From the sequence record NZ_CP044066.1: a DNA stretch of 64,000 nucleotides. One strand, given 5' to 3'. A model generated the notes under the pieces. That model searched no databases, was not told the origin of the DNA, and saw only the letters and a list, made by a program, of their open reading frames with translations. Origin of the DNA: a plasmid. This document shows, one piece after another, positions 20,888 through 30,003 of this stretch (position 1 is its first letter; every line of letters starts with the position of its first letter). Made by a program: the position numbers and the translations under genes.

Positions 20888-22600
20888 CTACTTGCGCCGG
20901 AAGACTTGCTCGAGCTGATCGCTACGCTGAATGTCATCCTCGTGAAGGTAGCGCGACGTGGTCGTGATGGATGAATGCCGCAGGTTGTCGCGAACCGATG
21001 TCAGTGAGGCACCCCCCATGAGCGCATGGGTGGCATGGGTATGCCGGAGCCAATGCGGTGTGGCGCGCCGCAGCTTGTCGGCGAGCGGCGGATGGTCGCG
21101 CGCGACATTGTCGGCGGCGAATTTCAGGAATCGCTGCAACACGGCACGCAGTCGCGGCGTCGTGATTGGAGTTCCATCCTCCAGATTGGCGAGAATCGGC
21201 GCACGTCGGTCCCATAGCGCAGGCGTTGTTGGCAGTCCGCGCATAAGCAGGTATTGCTCCAGCGCTTGGTTCGCCATCGTGGGGAGCGCCACCTTGCCGC
21301 GGCGCTCGCCCTTGCCGATCAGGTGCAGCCAGCGCTCGCCGCGCGGTCCCAACTCGATGCCGCCAAGCGTCACACCAACCAGCTCGGCCGCACGCAGTCC
21401 CGTCGCATACCCGAAATCCAGCAAGAACCGCAGCCTCATAGCCGCGTCCGACTTCCAACCCTGCGACCATTCCAGGCCATCCGCGAGCGCGCGTACGAGC
21501 GCCCATTCCCCTTTGGTGAAGACACGCGAGGCGTCAAGAGCCGCGGCGCGCTGCGCGCCGCGCACCTTCAGGCCGGCGAACGGATTGGCCAGCACGTAGC
21601 ACTGCGCAATCAGCCAGCGAAACAATGCACCGATGACGCCGAGCGCGTAGGCGATGGATCGCGGCGCCAGCGCACCGGTGAACGGGCGCCATTCCGAAGA
21701 GGGGCGAGGGCGCGCCGGGCCGACCCACCGCGAAGTCGGCGCCCGCAGGAATGCCCGATAGGCCGTTGCATCCTCGGAGGTGAGCGAAGAGAGCGGCTTG
21801 CCGCGCTCGAGCATCGCCCATAAGAGTAGCCTCTCCGCCTCTTTGCGATACGCCCGCGCGGTAGCCGGCGCCTCGTGCAGCGCAAGCCAGGCATTGACGG
21901 CGTCGTAATCGTTATTGGCGGAAAGCGAACACATCAGCCGTGGTGCACGGAAGGTTCCGTGCGAGCCGTCGATCTCCTTCGGCAGCACGATATCGTCCCA
22001 AGGCACAATGCGCGCCGCCGCGGATGTCCTTGCCTGCGATGCCATGACGAGGGCGCGGGCTCGCTCAGTCAGTCGCGGATGCGCGGCAAAGAAGGCCTCG
22101 ATGACCCGCGCGCTTCGCTCCCCCAACCCGTCAATCGCCACCCACCACCGCCTACGCCGCGGAATCCGAATGGTGAGATCCGCGAGGGTATTAAGCCCAT
22201 GCGCCCGCAGCGCGGACGCTGCCCGGGCAGGCAACCACGTTTCGACGGCATCAGTGATCTGCGGCATCGCCGCGGGCAAATGCCGCAACGCCTCAATGGC
22301 GCGCGGCACCTCCGCGGAGCGACTGACGCGGCAATCAGCCGGGCAACCGAAGAGGGCGGCAAGCTCCTCCCGCTGCCCCGCGCGCGCGATATCCACCAGG
22401 TGCCGACGCAGCTCGCCGAGTACACCCCGCGCGGAGCGTCCCGGCGTCAGCGCGTCCGGCCAGAACCGCTCGATAGCCATGCGTGAAGGGGCGCCCTCAT
22501 ACCAGGCGCGCAACGCCGCCAATGCATCGGCCGAAGGAAACGCGGCAGCTGTCGCGACGGGGGATGGTCCGGGGAGGGCGGTAAGGGGGCGGCGAGGCAT
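20888..22600 (-). CDS. int: large tyrosine recombinase/integrase (genomic-island type; start at M60 of the 629-aa ORF, alternative start 22777)
   Basis: C-terminal catalytic domain ..WLRHTHATHALMGGASLTSVRDNLRHSSITTTSRYLH.. (R..H..R..Y). Long N-terminal region. The shorter start avoids overlap with the tRNA-3' fragment at 22735. Confidence 0.85.
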   Translation of the reverse strand: MPRRPLTALPGPSPVATAAAFPSADALAALRAWYEGAPSRMAIERFWPDALTPGRSARGVLGELRRHLVDIARAGQREELAALFGCPADCRVSRSAEVPRAIEALRHLPAAMPQITDAVETWLPARAASALRAHGLNTLADLTIRIPRRRRWWVAIDGLGERSARVIEAFFAAHPRLTERARALVMASQARTSAAARIVPWDDIVLPKEIDGSHGTFRAPRLMCSLSANNDYDAVNAWLALHEAPATARAYRKEAERLLLWAMLERGKPLSSLTSEDATAYRAFLRAPTSRWVGPARPRPSSEWRPFTGALAPRSIAYALGVIGALFRWLIAQCYVLANPFAGLKVRGAQRAAALDASRVFTKGEWALVRALADGLEWSQGWKSDAAMRLRFLLDFGYATGLRAAELVGVTLGGIELGPRGERWLHLIGKGERRGKVALPTMANQALEQYLLMRGLPTTPALWDRRAPILANLEDGTPITTPRLRAVLQRFLKFAADNVARDHPPLADKLRRATPHWLRHTHATHALMGGASLTSVRDNLRHSSITTTSRYLHEDDIQRSDQLEQVFRRK

Positions 22601-22734
22601 GGGTGTGGCGTAAGTTTGCAACCCTGAGTTTGCCACACAAAATGATTGGTATCGATAATGTTTGTTATCGGTATAGCGACGCGTTCCAAAAGAAACTCGT
22701 CTCGCGCGCGGCGGAAGTTGAATCGGGTTCAAGC

Positions 22735-22758
22735 GTTCGAATCCCCCTCTCTCCGCCA
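22735..22758 (+). other. tRNA 3'-end fragment (T-loop + acceptor 3' strand + CCA): putative att-site remnant
   Basis: gTTCGAATcccccTCTCTCCgCCA. The canonical T-loop and CCA end are present but no 5' half is found, so this is not an intact tRNA. Confidence 0.4.
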
Positions 22759-22782
22759 AGAATAAGTACGAATTCATCCGAA

Positions 22783-22806
22783 GCCGTCCAACTGGGCGGC
22801 TTTTTT
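22783..22806 (+). terminator. hairpin + T6 terminator-like element after the tRNA fragment
   Basis: gccgtcc-aact-gggcggc followed by tttttt. Confidence 0.35.
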
Positions 22807-23094
22807 GTTTTCTATCCCTTATGCAGCAACGGCTTGCTGGCGATATGCTGTCCTAAGTAGTGCGTAGTCGTCCGTCCCCAGCCGGTGAAATCCTGGGTAC
22901 ATAGGGGGGAAACTGGCCTCATCAACGACACGCGGGGTACCTCAAGCGAGCGCGAACGCGAGCTTTGTACTTCGAGGACGAGGGCGATGCCACGACTCAC
23001 TGAGATCTAGCTCAAGAACGAACAGCCTGGAGAGAAGGCCCGCAAGATTTACGACGAGCGCGGGCTCTTCCTGCTCGTCAACCCGGACGGTTCG

Positions 23095-24201
23095 ATGTAC
23101 TGGCGCGTGCGCTACACGCTCGACGGGAAGGAGAAGCTGACGCAGGTCGGTGTCTATCGGAAGAAGGGCACAGAGCGGGTCACGATGCGCCTTTCCAAGG
23201 CGCGCGAGCGACGCGACGAGCTACGCGATCTGCTGAGCCGGGGTTTGGACCCCTCGGCCCGGGCGGCGCGAGGCGTACGTTGGCCGTTGTGGTTGAAGAG
23301 TGGATTGAGGCGTACCGCCTCGGCTGGTCCGTGCAGCACGCACACCAGAACTGGCAGTCGTTACGGGACCAACCACGTCCTCCCAATCATCGGAGCGAAG
23401 CCGATGCGAACGATTGGGACCGCCGGCATCCTCACCGTCCTCCAGAAAATGCTTGCAGAAGGGAAGGCAGAGACTGCGCGGCGAGTTCGTCAACGCTTGG
23501 CCGGCGTCTTCCAGTTCGCAGTCCTGCGCGAGTACATCGATCGTGACCCGGTGCCGCTCGTCGCCAAGGAGTTCACCGAACTCCGCGCTCAGGCTCTCAA
23601 GATCAACCCTACCGAGTCGTTCGCTTGTATAAGCCGCGAGGAACTGCCGGCGCTGTTGCGAGTCATGAGTGCGTATCCAGGCATCGTGGTCCGCATCGCG
23701 CTCAGGCTGACCATGCTTACGCTCGCCAGGACGAAGGAAATCCGCGGCGCAACGTGGGCGGAGTTTCACGATGTCGATGGCGATGCGCCGATCTGGCGTA
23801 TCCCGGCTGCACGGATGAAGGCAAATCGCGCGCACGACGTGCCGCTAAGCCGCCAGGCCGTCGAAGTTTTGAAGGAGTTGCGAGGATACACCGGCGATAG
23901 CGAGTACCTGTTCCCACATGAGCGGAAGGGTGACAGGTCGATGAGCGAGAGCGCGATGCTCTACGCGCTCTGGTCGATGGGGTATCGCGGCCGTATGACT
24001 GGGCACGGCTTCCGTGCACTCGGATCGACCATCCTGAATGAGGCAGGCTATTGCACCCGTGGTGATTGAGCGCGCGTTGGCGCACGACGTCAGCGATAAG
24101 GTCGAGGCCGCCTACAACCGCGCCGAGTATCTGCGGTAGCGGCGCGAAATGCTGCAGTGGCGCGCGGACGTGGGAGAGCGCCTCAGCAAGCTGACATCCT
24201 G
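23095..24201 (+). pseudogene. P4-family phage integrase, frameshifted (at least 3 frame changes)
   Basis: MYWRVRYTLDGKEKLTQVGVY.. then a shift to frame 23280 (..VVVEEWIEAYRLGWSVQHAHQNW..). It then returns (..NHVLPIIGAKPMRTI.. ..TLARTKEIRGATWAEF.. HDVPLS.. GHGFRA) and shifts again after 24065 (..IERALAHDVSDKVEAAYNRAEYL.. ..MLQWRADVGE..). Confidence 0.75.
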
Positions 24202-24272
24202 ATCTTAGGGCGTTGCTACGCGACGTGACAGAGCGTACCGAGTAGCAGCGCCCTACCATAAAGCAAAAGCTC

Positions 24273-24812
24273 CTACAGGAGAGAATCGCGGTTCGCGGGA
24301 TTGCTCGATGGGGATTGCTGTTTGTTGTACAGGCGGATCGCCGCTTCGCTCAGTTTGCCAAGAGCCTGCTTTGCGCCATTTGTTGAAAATCGAAAAACAG
24401 CAAACCTGCCGCTCTCCAATCCGACCGCGAGACCAAATGGCTTGCCCCCATTCGCAACTTGATCCAATAGCTCATAGTTAGCGATGGCATAGCGATACTG
24501 AGCGGGGGAGTTAGGCGCACTCGATACACTTTGATCACAGATAAGATCGGTCGTCGTCGCACCCAGAGCGGAGTTGATCAACGTAGGAGATCGCGCACCA
24601 GGCTCACATCGGGTGGCGGTCACTAGAAACCAGACGCAGTTACCGGATTTAATGATGCACACCTTCATGAGCGCGCTCTGACTGTCGTTCACAACTCCAG
24701 CGTAAAGGTTACCATCATCGGTAACTCCGGTCTGCCAATCTCCGAACGTCGCGCCGCTAGCATGCCCGGCGAGTGCGATTAATACTGCCGTCAGACAGTG
24801 ACGGATGTTCAT
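24273..24812 (-). CDS. secreted hypothetical protein (signal peptide)
   Basis: MNIRHCLTAVLIALAGHASGATF.. signal peptide. No known domain. Confidence 0.4.
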   Translation of the reverse strand: MNIRHCLTAVLIALAGHASGATFGDWQTGVTDDGNLYAGVVNDSQSALMKVCIIKSGNCVWFLVTATRCEPGARSPTLINSALGATTTDLICDQSVSSAPNSPAQYRYAIANYELLDQVANGGKPFGLAVGLESGRFAVFRFSTNGAKQALGKLSEAAIRLYNKQQSPSSNPANRDSLL

Positions 24813-24855
24813 TTAATGCTCCCGTGACTCCACTCGGAGCCAGCACGCTTGTCAT

Positions 24856-25296
24856 CTACCTTGCGCCGATCTGCTTGCGGAAGCGATTTAAGCGCTTAAT
24901 GTACCCCTCGCATCCGCCCAAGTTCCCTTCGTATTGACCTCGCATGATGCGGTCGTTTTCATCGACCTCCATCGTTACCGAGCAGTTGTAATTCACTGGC
25001 ACATAGGACGTACTGTAGGTGGTGGAAGAATAGTTGCCATATGCGCGCCCTACGTTGACGTTGCCGTAGGTTGTAGAGGGCGTTGTCACTGGGACGAACC
25101 CAGAGCTGGATCGACCCCATTGGATGTACCGGCGGCCGGAGATAGTTCTTTCGCCGCTTGGCATACCGAACACGTTGATGGCATCGTCGAGCGGTCTGCC
25201 CTGGAGCGCATTCATGCCCTTGTCGAATTGACCCCAAGTGGCGCAGCCGCCTAAAAGCAACGCACCCAAGCCCACACAAAGCGTTATTGTTCTCAC
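24856..25296 (-). CDS. lipoprotein (LGGC lipobox)
   Basis: MRTITLCVGLGALLLGGCATW.. A paralogous fragment lies at 31352-31478. Confidence 0.5.
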   Translation of the reverse strand: MRTITLCVGLGALLLGGCATWGQFDKGMNALQGRPLDDAINVFGMPSGERTISGRRYIQWGRSSSGFVPVTTPSTTYGNVNVGRAYGNYSSTTYSTSYVPVNYNCSVTMEVDENDRIMRGQYEGNLGGCEGYIKRLNRFRKQIGAR

Positions 25297-25739
25297 TACC
25301 CATCCCCTGTAAGCCTTCTTCTACGGTGCGGTTCTCGGCGGCGGAGATGTCTCCGCGTACCGCATTTTACGGGGGTGAGTTGCTGTGGAATCCCCCTGCT
25401 TTGGTGGGGAGTGACAAGATCGTATCGCCTCAATCTGGTGGGAGCATGCCTGCAAAGTCAGATAACTAACCTAGCGACGAGCTGATCGATGCCGCCCTAA
25501 AGCGAGTCCTTTTTGCGATGGAGAGTGGGTCGCGCGCCGGGCGCGAGGGTATTCTCGTGGATCAGTTCGTTTCTCTCCTTGCAACGAAGGCGATTCGCAA
25601 AGCCGAGCGGGACGCCTGTGAAATACTAGGGACGCGGTGCGAGCGCTTCGGAGATCTGTTCTGTGATATCCAAGCTATCGCTGAGTTTCTGCATCGATCG
25701 CCGAGAGGGCTGTTCAAGGTTCCGGGGTTTCCTTAGCCA

Positions 25740-26255
25740 GTGTGCCGCTGCACAGATCCAGCCGAATCGAGCGCCGTCCGATCAAGCATGCGGAGTTGGT
25801 GGCGCGCGTCGGATGTCATTGCGTGGGCTTATAGCTATCAGGAAGGCGTTAACCCAAGCCTGCGCGCGGAGGTTGAAGCTGAATTGCGGCAGGAGTGGTC
25901 CAGATGGACTATGCAGACTGCGGCAAGCGCAGTGGGCGCGAGGCGAGCGCTGCTGCGCGATTGCGGGAAGGCGGGTCGCAGCGGGGCAAGGGCGCCCGAC
26001 ATCCCCCATGCGCCGGCCGGCTGGATAGCCACAGGGCGATTGAGAATCACCGTTCGGTCTGGGCCCCGGGGCGACTTTCGAATCAGGGATGAGGGAACCA
26101 CAGTCGTCGAGGAACTCGTCGCAAAGCTTGTCTCATACATTGTTGACGCAATATCCGGCGCGCCCGAGCGTGAACGACAAGCTGCGGAGGCACGATCTGC
26201 GTACGAAGCGCAGCGCGAAGGCGACGCGCCTGGTGCGCCAGTGCGCGGTCGCTGA
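25740..26255 (+). CDS. hypothetical protein
   Basis: 171-aa ORF in a GC-rich region. Could be a shadow. No domain recognised. Confidence 0.2.
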   Translation: MCRCTDPAESSAVRSSMRSWWRASDVIAWAYSYQEGVNPSLRAEVEAELRQEWSRWTMQTAASAVGARRALLRDCGKAGRSGARAPDIPHAPAGWIATGRLRITVRSGPRGDFRIRDEGTTVVEELVAKLVSYIVDAISGAPERERQAAEARSAYEAQREGDAPGAPVRGR

Positions 26256-26632
26256 GTCGTCAGAATCGAATCGAACCCGGCGCGGCACGGCGCTATACCG
26301 CGCGCTCCCTGTAGTGCATTGGGCGTCGTGCTCGGCGGCGAGCGCGGCGCTTTCTTTTTGAATGGCATCCAACCAATGCTTCCTTGGCCCGCCCTTCAGA
26401 ATCTCCTGTCCACTGCTGAAAGGCGCAGGCCTACGAACGCCTCGCCGTCAAGGTGCTGATCAGAGGAATAAATCGCGGCGATTGCAACGGGTGCAGCAGC
26501 GAAGGCTTAAGCAGGAGATCAAATGCAGCCATCTATCGGCTGTGTATGAACATGCAACACGCTCGGCAGAGGGATTGACCAAGCTGCATGTGGGTTTTCA
26601 CAATGCGGCCATATCGACGGACAGGATTGAAA

Positions 26633-27121
26633 ATGACACCCGAACAGGCACAAGCCATCCTCCACGAATACCGACTCCGTATGAGAGAGGCTGCCGTGGC
26701 ATGGAGGCGGGTCCATGCCGACGAACACAGCGCTTGGACTTTTGAGACCGTCAAACATCTGGCCTTCGTGAACGCCGCCGGATTGGCAGGTGCTGCAGCG
26801 CTATATGCAGCCCCCGATCTTGGTAAGAAGATCGTGGGCCCGTGCAGTGTGCCCATTGCCCTGCTGTTTGCGATTGGCCTCGTGATGGCGGTAATCGACA
26901 TGTACCTCAACTCGCTCGGTGCTCTCGCCAGACTCAAAGAGCTAGACAGTCGGCTAAAGATTTGGGACATCCAGCCTCTTCCTGGTCAGATTGAGGCGGC
27001 TGAGCTGCTGAAAGATATCGAGCGTGGCAGCATTTTCTTTCGGTTCGCCGGATATGCCGGCTGGTGCTCAGCATTCCTTTTTCTGGCTGGCGTATATCCG
27101 CTTGCCTTCCTTCGCTTCTAG
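26633..27121 (+). CDS. hypothetical membrane protein
   Basis: Three hydrophobic segments (LAFVNAAGLAGAAALYAAP, PIALLFAIGLVMAVI, FAGYAGWCSAFLFLAGVYPLAFL). Confidence 0.4.
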   Translation: MTPEQAQAILHEYRLRMREAAVAWRRVHADEHSAWTFETVKHLAFVNAAGLAGAAALYAAPDLGKKIVGPCSVPIALLFAIGLVMAVIDMYLNSLGALARLKELDSRLKIWDIQPLPGQIEAAELLKDIERGSIFFRFAGYAGWCSAFLFLAGVYPLAFLRF

Positions 27122-27281
27122 TCAGCTCTACGGGGATGGCCAGGCCTCCACCGTCTTCCGATGCTTGGCGGCGCACTCTCCAAGCGCCCTCAATATGTCC
27201 CCCATTACCCGTTCCTGCCAGATGTCATAGTCGCGCTCGGCCGGCGGGTCCGATGGTCACCGGCACGGCGCGGCAAGCGCG

Positions 27282-27527
27282 TTATCGAGCGCCGGCGGCT
27301 TGCTTTGCTGCCTCGTAGGCGTCGGTGAGCTTGCGCACCCGCAGGTCATCAGGGCGGCAATCAGGAGGCAGTGGCTTCTTCGCATTTCGGAATTCCTTCA
27401 CGGCGGCGTCCACCTCGGCGCCGAGGGTGGTCTGCGCGACGCTGAACTCGTCAGCCTTCGCGCGGATCGTCGCGCCAGCATGCTGCAGATCCTCGAGCGA
27501 CCACTGCGCCGACGTAGGCTCGAACAT
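27282..27527 (-). CDS. hypothetical small protein
   Basis: 81-aa ORF. No domain. Confidence 0.25.
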   Translation of the reverse strand: MFEPTSAQWSLEDLQHAGATIRAKADEFSVAQTTLGAEVDAAVKEFRNAKKPLPPDCRPDDLRVRKLTDAYEAAKQAAGAR

Positions 27528-27770
27528 CAGCGGCGCGGCGCTAGGCCATCGCCTCGCGATAAAGCTGCCGCCGCCGAGCAGCCGCAGCGACCTCCGCCTG
27601 CCTCGCGTTTCGGCCGCGCGCTGCTGCTGTGCTTGCCGCTCGGCTTCGCGAGCACCTTGGTGTGCCGCAAAACACCCGAGACCGATAAGCCACGCCGGAG
27701 GCCTCCTGAGCTAGCTCTCGCACGGAGCTGGATTTTGGTCCATCGCGAATCTGCGAATTGATCCCACGCC

Positions 27771-28440
27771 TTACCGCTTAGTAAGCAACTCTGTGACGGA
27801 ATTTGGACTCATTCCTCCGACGAAATAGGCGCCGGTCGGTCCGCTTAGGCCCAAATCCCCAGTGGGCCCCGTTGCGCCCGCCGCACCCGGAGACCCATTT
27901 CGACCATCATCCCTGCAATAAGGTCTTGCGTCGGTACCGCGTCTGCCGCCTGGCCCCCCGTAGCCAGGGTCACCGCCATTGCCGGGGGGGGGGGACCTGC
28001 GGCTCCCCCCGCAATCTCCACCTTAAGTAGGCGCGAAGCGGCCGCCATGTTGTCCTCGCTGGTAAAGAGAGTAAAGGTACCGCCGCGGCCGCCTGATCCA
28101 CTTGGCCCCCCCTTTGCCGCCATTGCCGCCGGCCCCTCCGGGCCCACCGTCTCCGGCGCCTCTAGTGCAGTTCACAGCGTTCTGACTGGCGGGTGTGCCG
28201 TATCCGCCGCCGCCGCCTCTGCCGCCGGCTTGCCCTTTGCCTCCTGGTCCTCCATCTTGTCCTTTTGGTCAACCAGGAGGGGACCTTTAATGGAAAGGGC
28301 GGTAAGCGTCAAGGAGGGAGCATCACGCCCGGGCTGACCGGGATTCCCGAGTTTTCCGTCTTCTCCGCGCCCCTCTGCTACGGATTCTTCCGCTCCGTGG
28401 TCCGGCCCGGCACCGGCGCTTCCTGAGTCAGGCGGCGAAG
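27771..28440 (-). pseudogene. collagen-like (G-X-Y) / glycine-rich repeat protein gene, frameshifted at homopolymer tracts
   Basis: Minus-strand translation gives DDG-RNG-SPG-AAG-ATG-PTG-DLG-LSG-PTG..AYFVGGM* and upstream GPG-GKG-QAG-GRG-GGG-GYG, in different frames. Contains a G11 run (27984-27994) and a C7 run (28106-28112). Confidence 0.5.
27984..27994. repeat. G11 homopolymer inside the collagen-like gene
   Basis: gccgggggggggggacc. Confidence 0.8.
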
Positions 28441-28968
28441 GTGCTGCGCCGCGACTGATTCGGCACTACAGCCTTTCCGCGCGATAAGCCTGCCAGTAGG
28501 CGTGAGACTGCACGGCCGTGCCGGGAGAGTTTGCGAAACGATGAAGAGGCGCACCTGGCCGATGTTCCCGACCGTGACGATTACGTGGCGATGCTCAGGG
28601 CCCGGCGCCGATGGTGGCGGCAAGATCGCCATGCCTTGCGCGACGATGTCCCCGGGCACCTGAGCCAATATGCCGTTGTCGGTATCGGGTTCGCGCTGCG
28701 GTTGCCCCGACGACGCCTAGCAGCCTTGCGCCAGTTTGCTGTTGCCCATGATGCACACCACGTTACTGTATGGGCGCACAAGTATATCCGTGTCCAATAA
28801 GTGCCTGCGTGCGACCCGGAAAGCCAGACCCTACCGATGCCTTTTGCGTGCGCAGTTTCCTGGACGGGAAAGAAGCAAACCATTGCGCCACAAGGCTATT
28901 CGGGCCGCGCATGGCCCTGCATGCACTACACTTGTCGGTTGCAAGCTATAAAATTACGCTGCGGCAGT

Positions 28969-29781
28969 TCAGATCCTGACGGCAACTATCTCTAGGTGGC
29001 GCGACATCTCGCGCAAGACTTCGATGCCTCGGTCCGTCAACGTGTCCCCCCTCATATCGACTAATCCCGCAGCCTTCAGACCAGTGACAACTCCGCCGTT
29101 GACCTGGTCGGATCCTCTGGCGCGCGTCCAAATCCCTGGGGCAGGTTCCGAGTCTATGTCGATTCCCCGATTCGCATAGAGTACGTACGACATCATATAG
29201 ACCGAGCCAATGCTGACTCCGATAGCACGGGCGAGGTGACGAAGTTCGTCTTCGAGAGTGCGACCTGAGCGGACGGACCAATCGTAGTGCTGGCGTCCGA
29301 ATTCCTCTCCGTTGCATCGGGCGTCTACAACCGAGAGATCTAGCAAATCTAGAAGTCCCTCGCCGAAGGCGACAGTGTCGCTTTTTACGGTAATGTCTAG
29401 CGTCCCCCTCGCGCCACCGCTCGCAAACTGAGCATTCATATCCAACGCGCCGTCGTGTAGGAGGCCGTTACGATAGTATTTGTACAGGAGCCACGCCACA
29501 TCCCGTTGCTCTCCCTTCCAGGCAACGCTGACGCCGCTCTCACCGACCGTTCCACGATTCCGTCGCAAAAAAAGTATGTCGTTCAGTCGCCCGCCAATGA
29601 AAAGGCGGAAGGCTTCGCCGTCCCCCATTGTCTTCGTAGGTTCGGCGACGGAGGGGCTTTTGAGAGGAAAGCGTCGTCGTGACGACGCCGCAACGGCGAT
29701 CATATACATCGCAAGAGATGCAACCGGTCTACCCGCTGCCCTAAGAAATCTTGCATCATCGACACGATCTGCAATGGTCAT
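28969..29781 (-). CDS. hypothetical protein with HEPN-like R-N-x3-H motif (YRNGLLHDG)
   Basis: 270 aa. Co-oriented with, and 222 bp downstream of, gene 30004-31371. Confidence 0.45.
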   Translation of the reverse strand: MTIADRVDDARFLRAAGRPVASLAMYMIAVAASSRRRFPLKSPSVAEPTKTMGDGEAFRLFIGGRLNDILFLRRNRGTVGESGVSVAWKGEQRDVAWLLYKYYRNGLLHDGALDMNAQFASGGARGTLDITVKSDTVAFGEGLLDLLDLSVVDARCNGEEFGRQHYDWSVRSGRTLEDELRHLARAIGVSIGSVYMMSYVLYANRGIDIDSEPAPGIWTRARGSDQVNGGVVTGLKAAGLVDMRGDTLTDRGIEVLREMSRHLEIVAVRI

Positions 29782-30003
29782 GAGTTTCTTGTCCTGCCTA
29801 AGACTGTTTGCGGTGAGACAACTGAGATTGGATTGCGAGTCCCATCGAGAGGTCTTGCAGCGGCCGATGCGGAGATTTGTCCCGCGATTGGGGCGGCCTG
29901 CTCATGTCAGTGTACTCAACAAAAAAAGGGGCGCCGCGAGACGGCCGGCGCCAAAGACTTCAGGGACGAAGCGAGGCGAGTATCGCGCGAGGGGACGTGG
30001 GAT

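Noticed and set aside
21254-22613. Multiple 150-230-aa plus-strand ORFs across the integrase gene
   Set aside because: These are antisense to the well-supported integrase. Their composition is typical of GC-rich shadows.
22711-22759. Possible intact tRNA or tmRNA upstream of the integrase
   Set aside because: Only 49 nt can be folded. The T-stem 5' strand and the D and anticodon arms are absent, so only a 3'-end fragment is called.
27845-28668. Individual tool ORFs 27845-28147 and 28378-28668 as separate genes
   Set aside because: They are pieces of one collagen-like/glycine-rich gene in different frames. They are reported once as a frameshifted gene.
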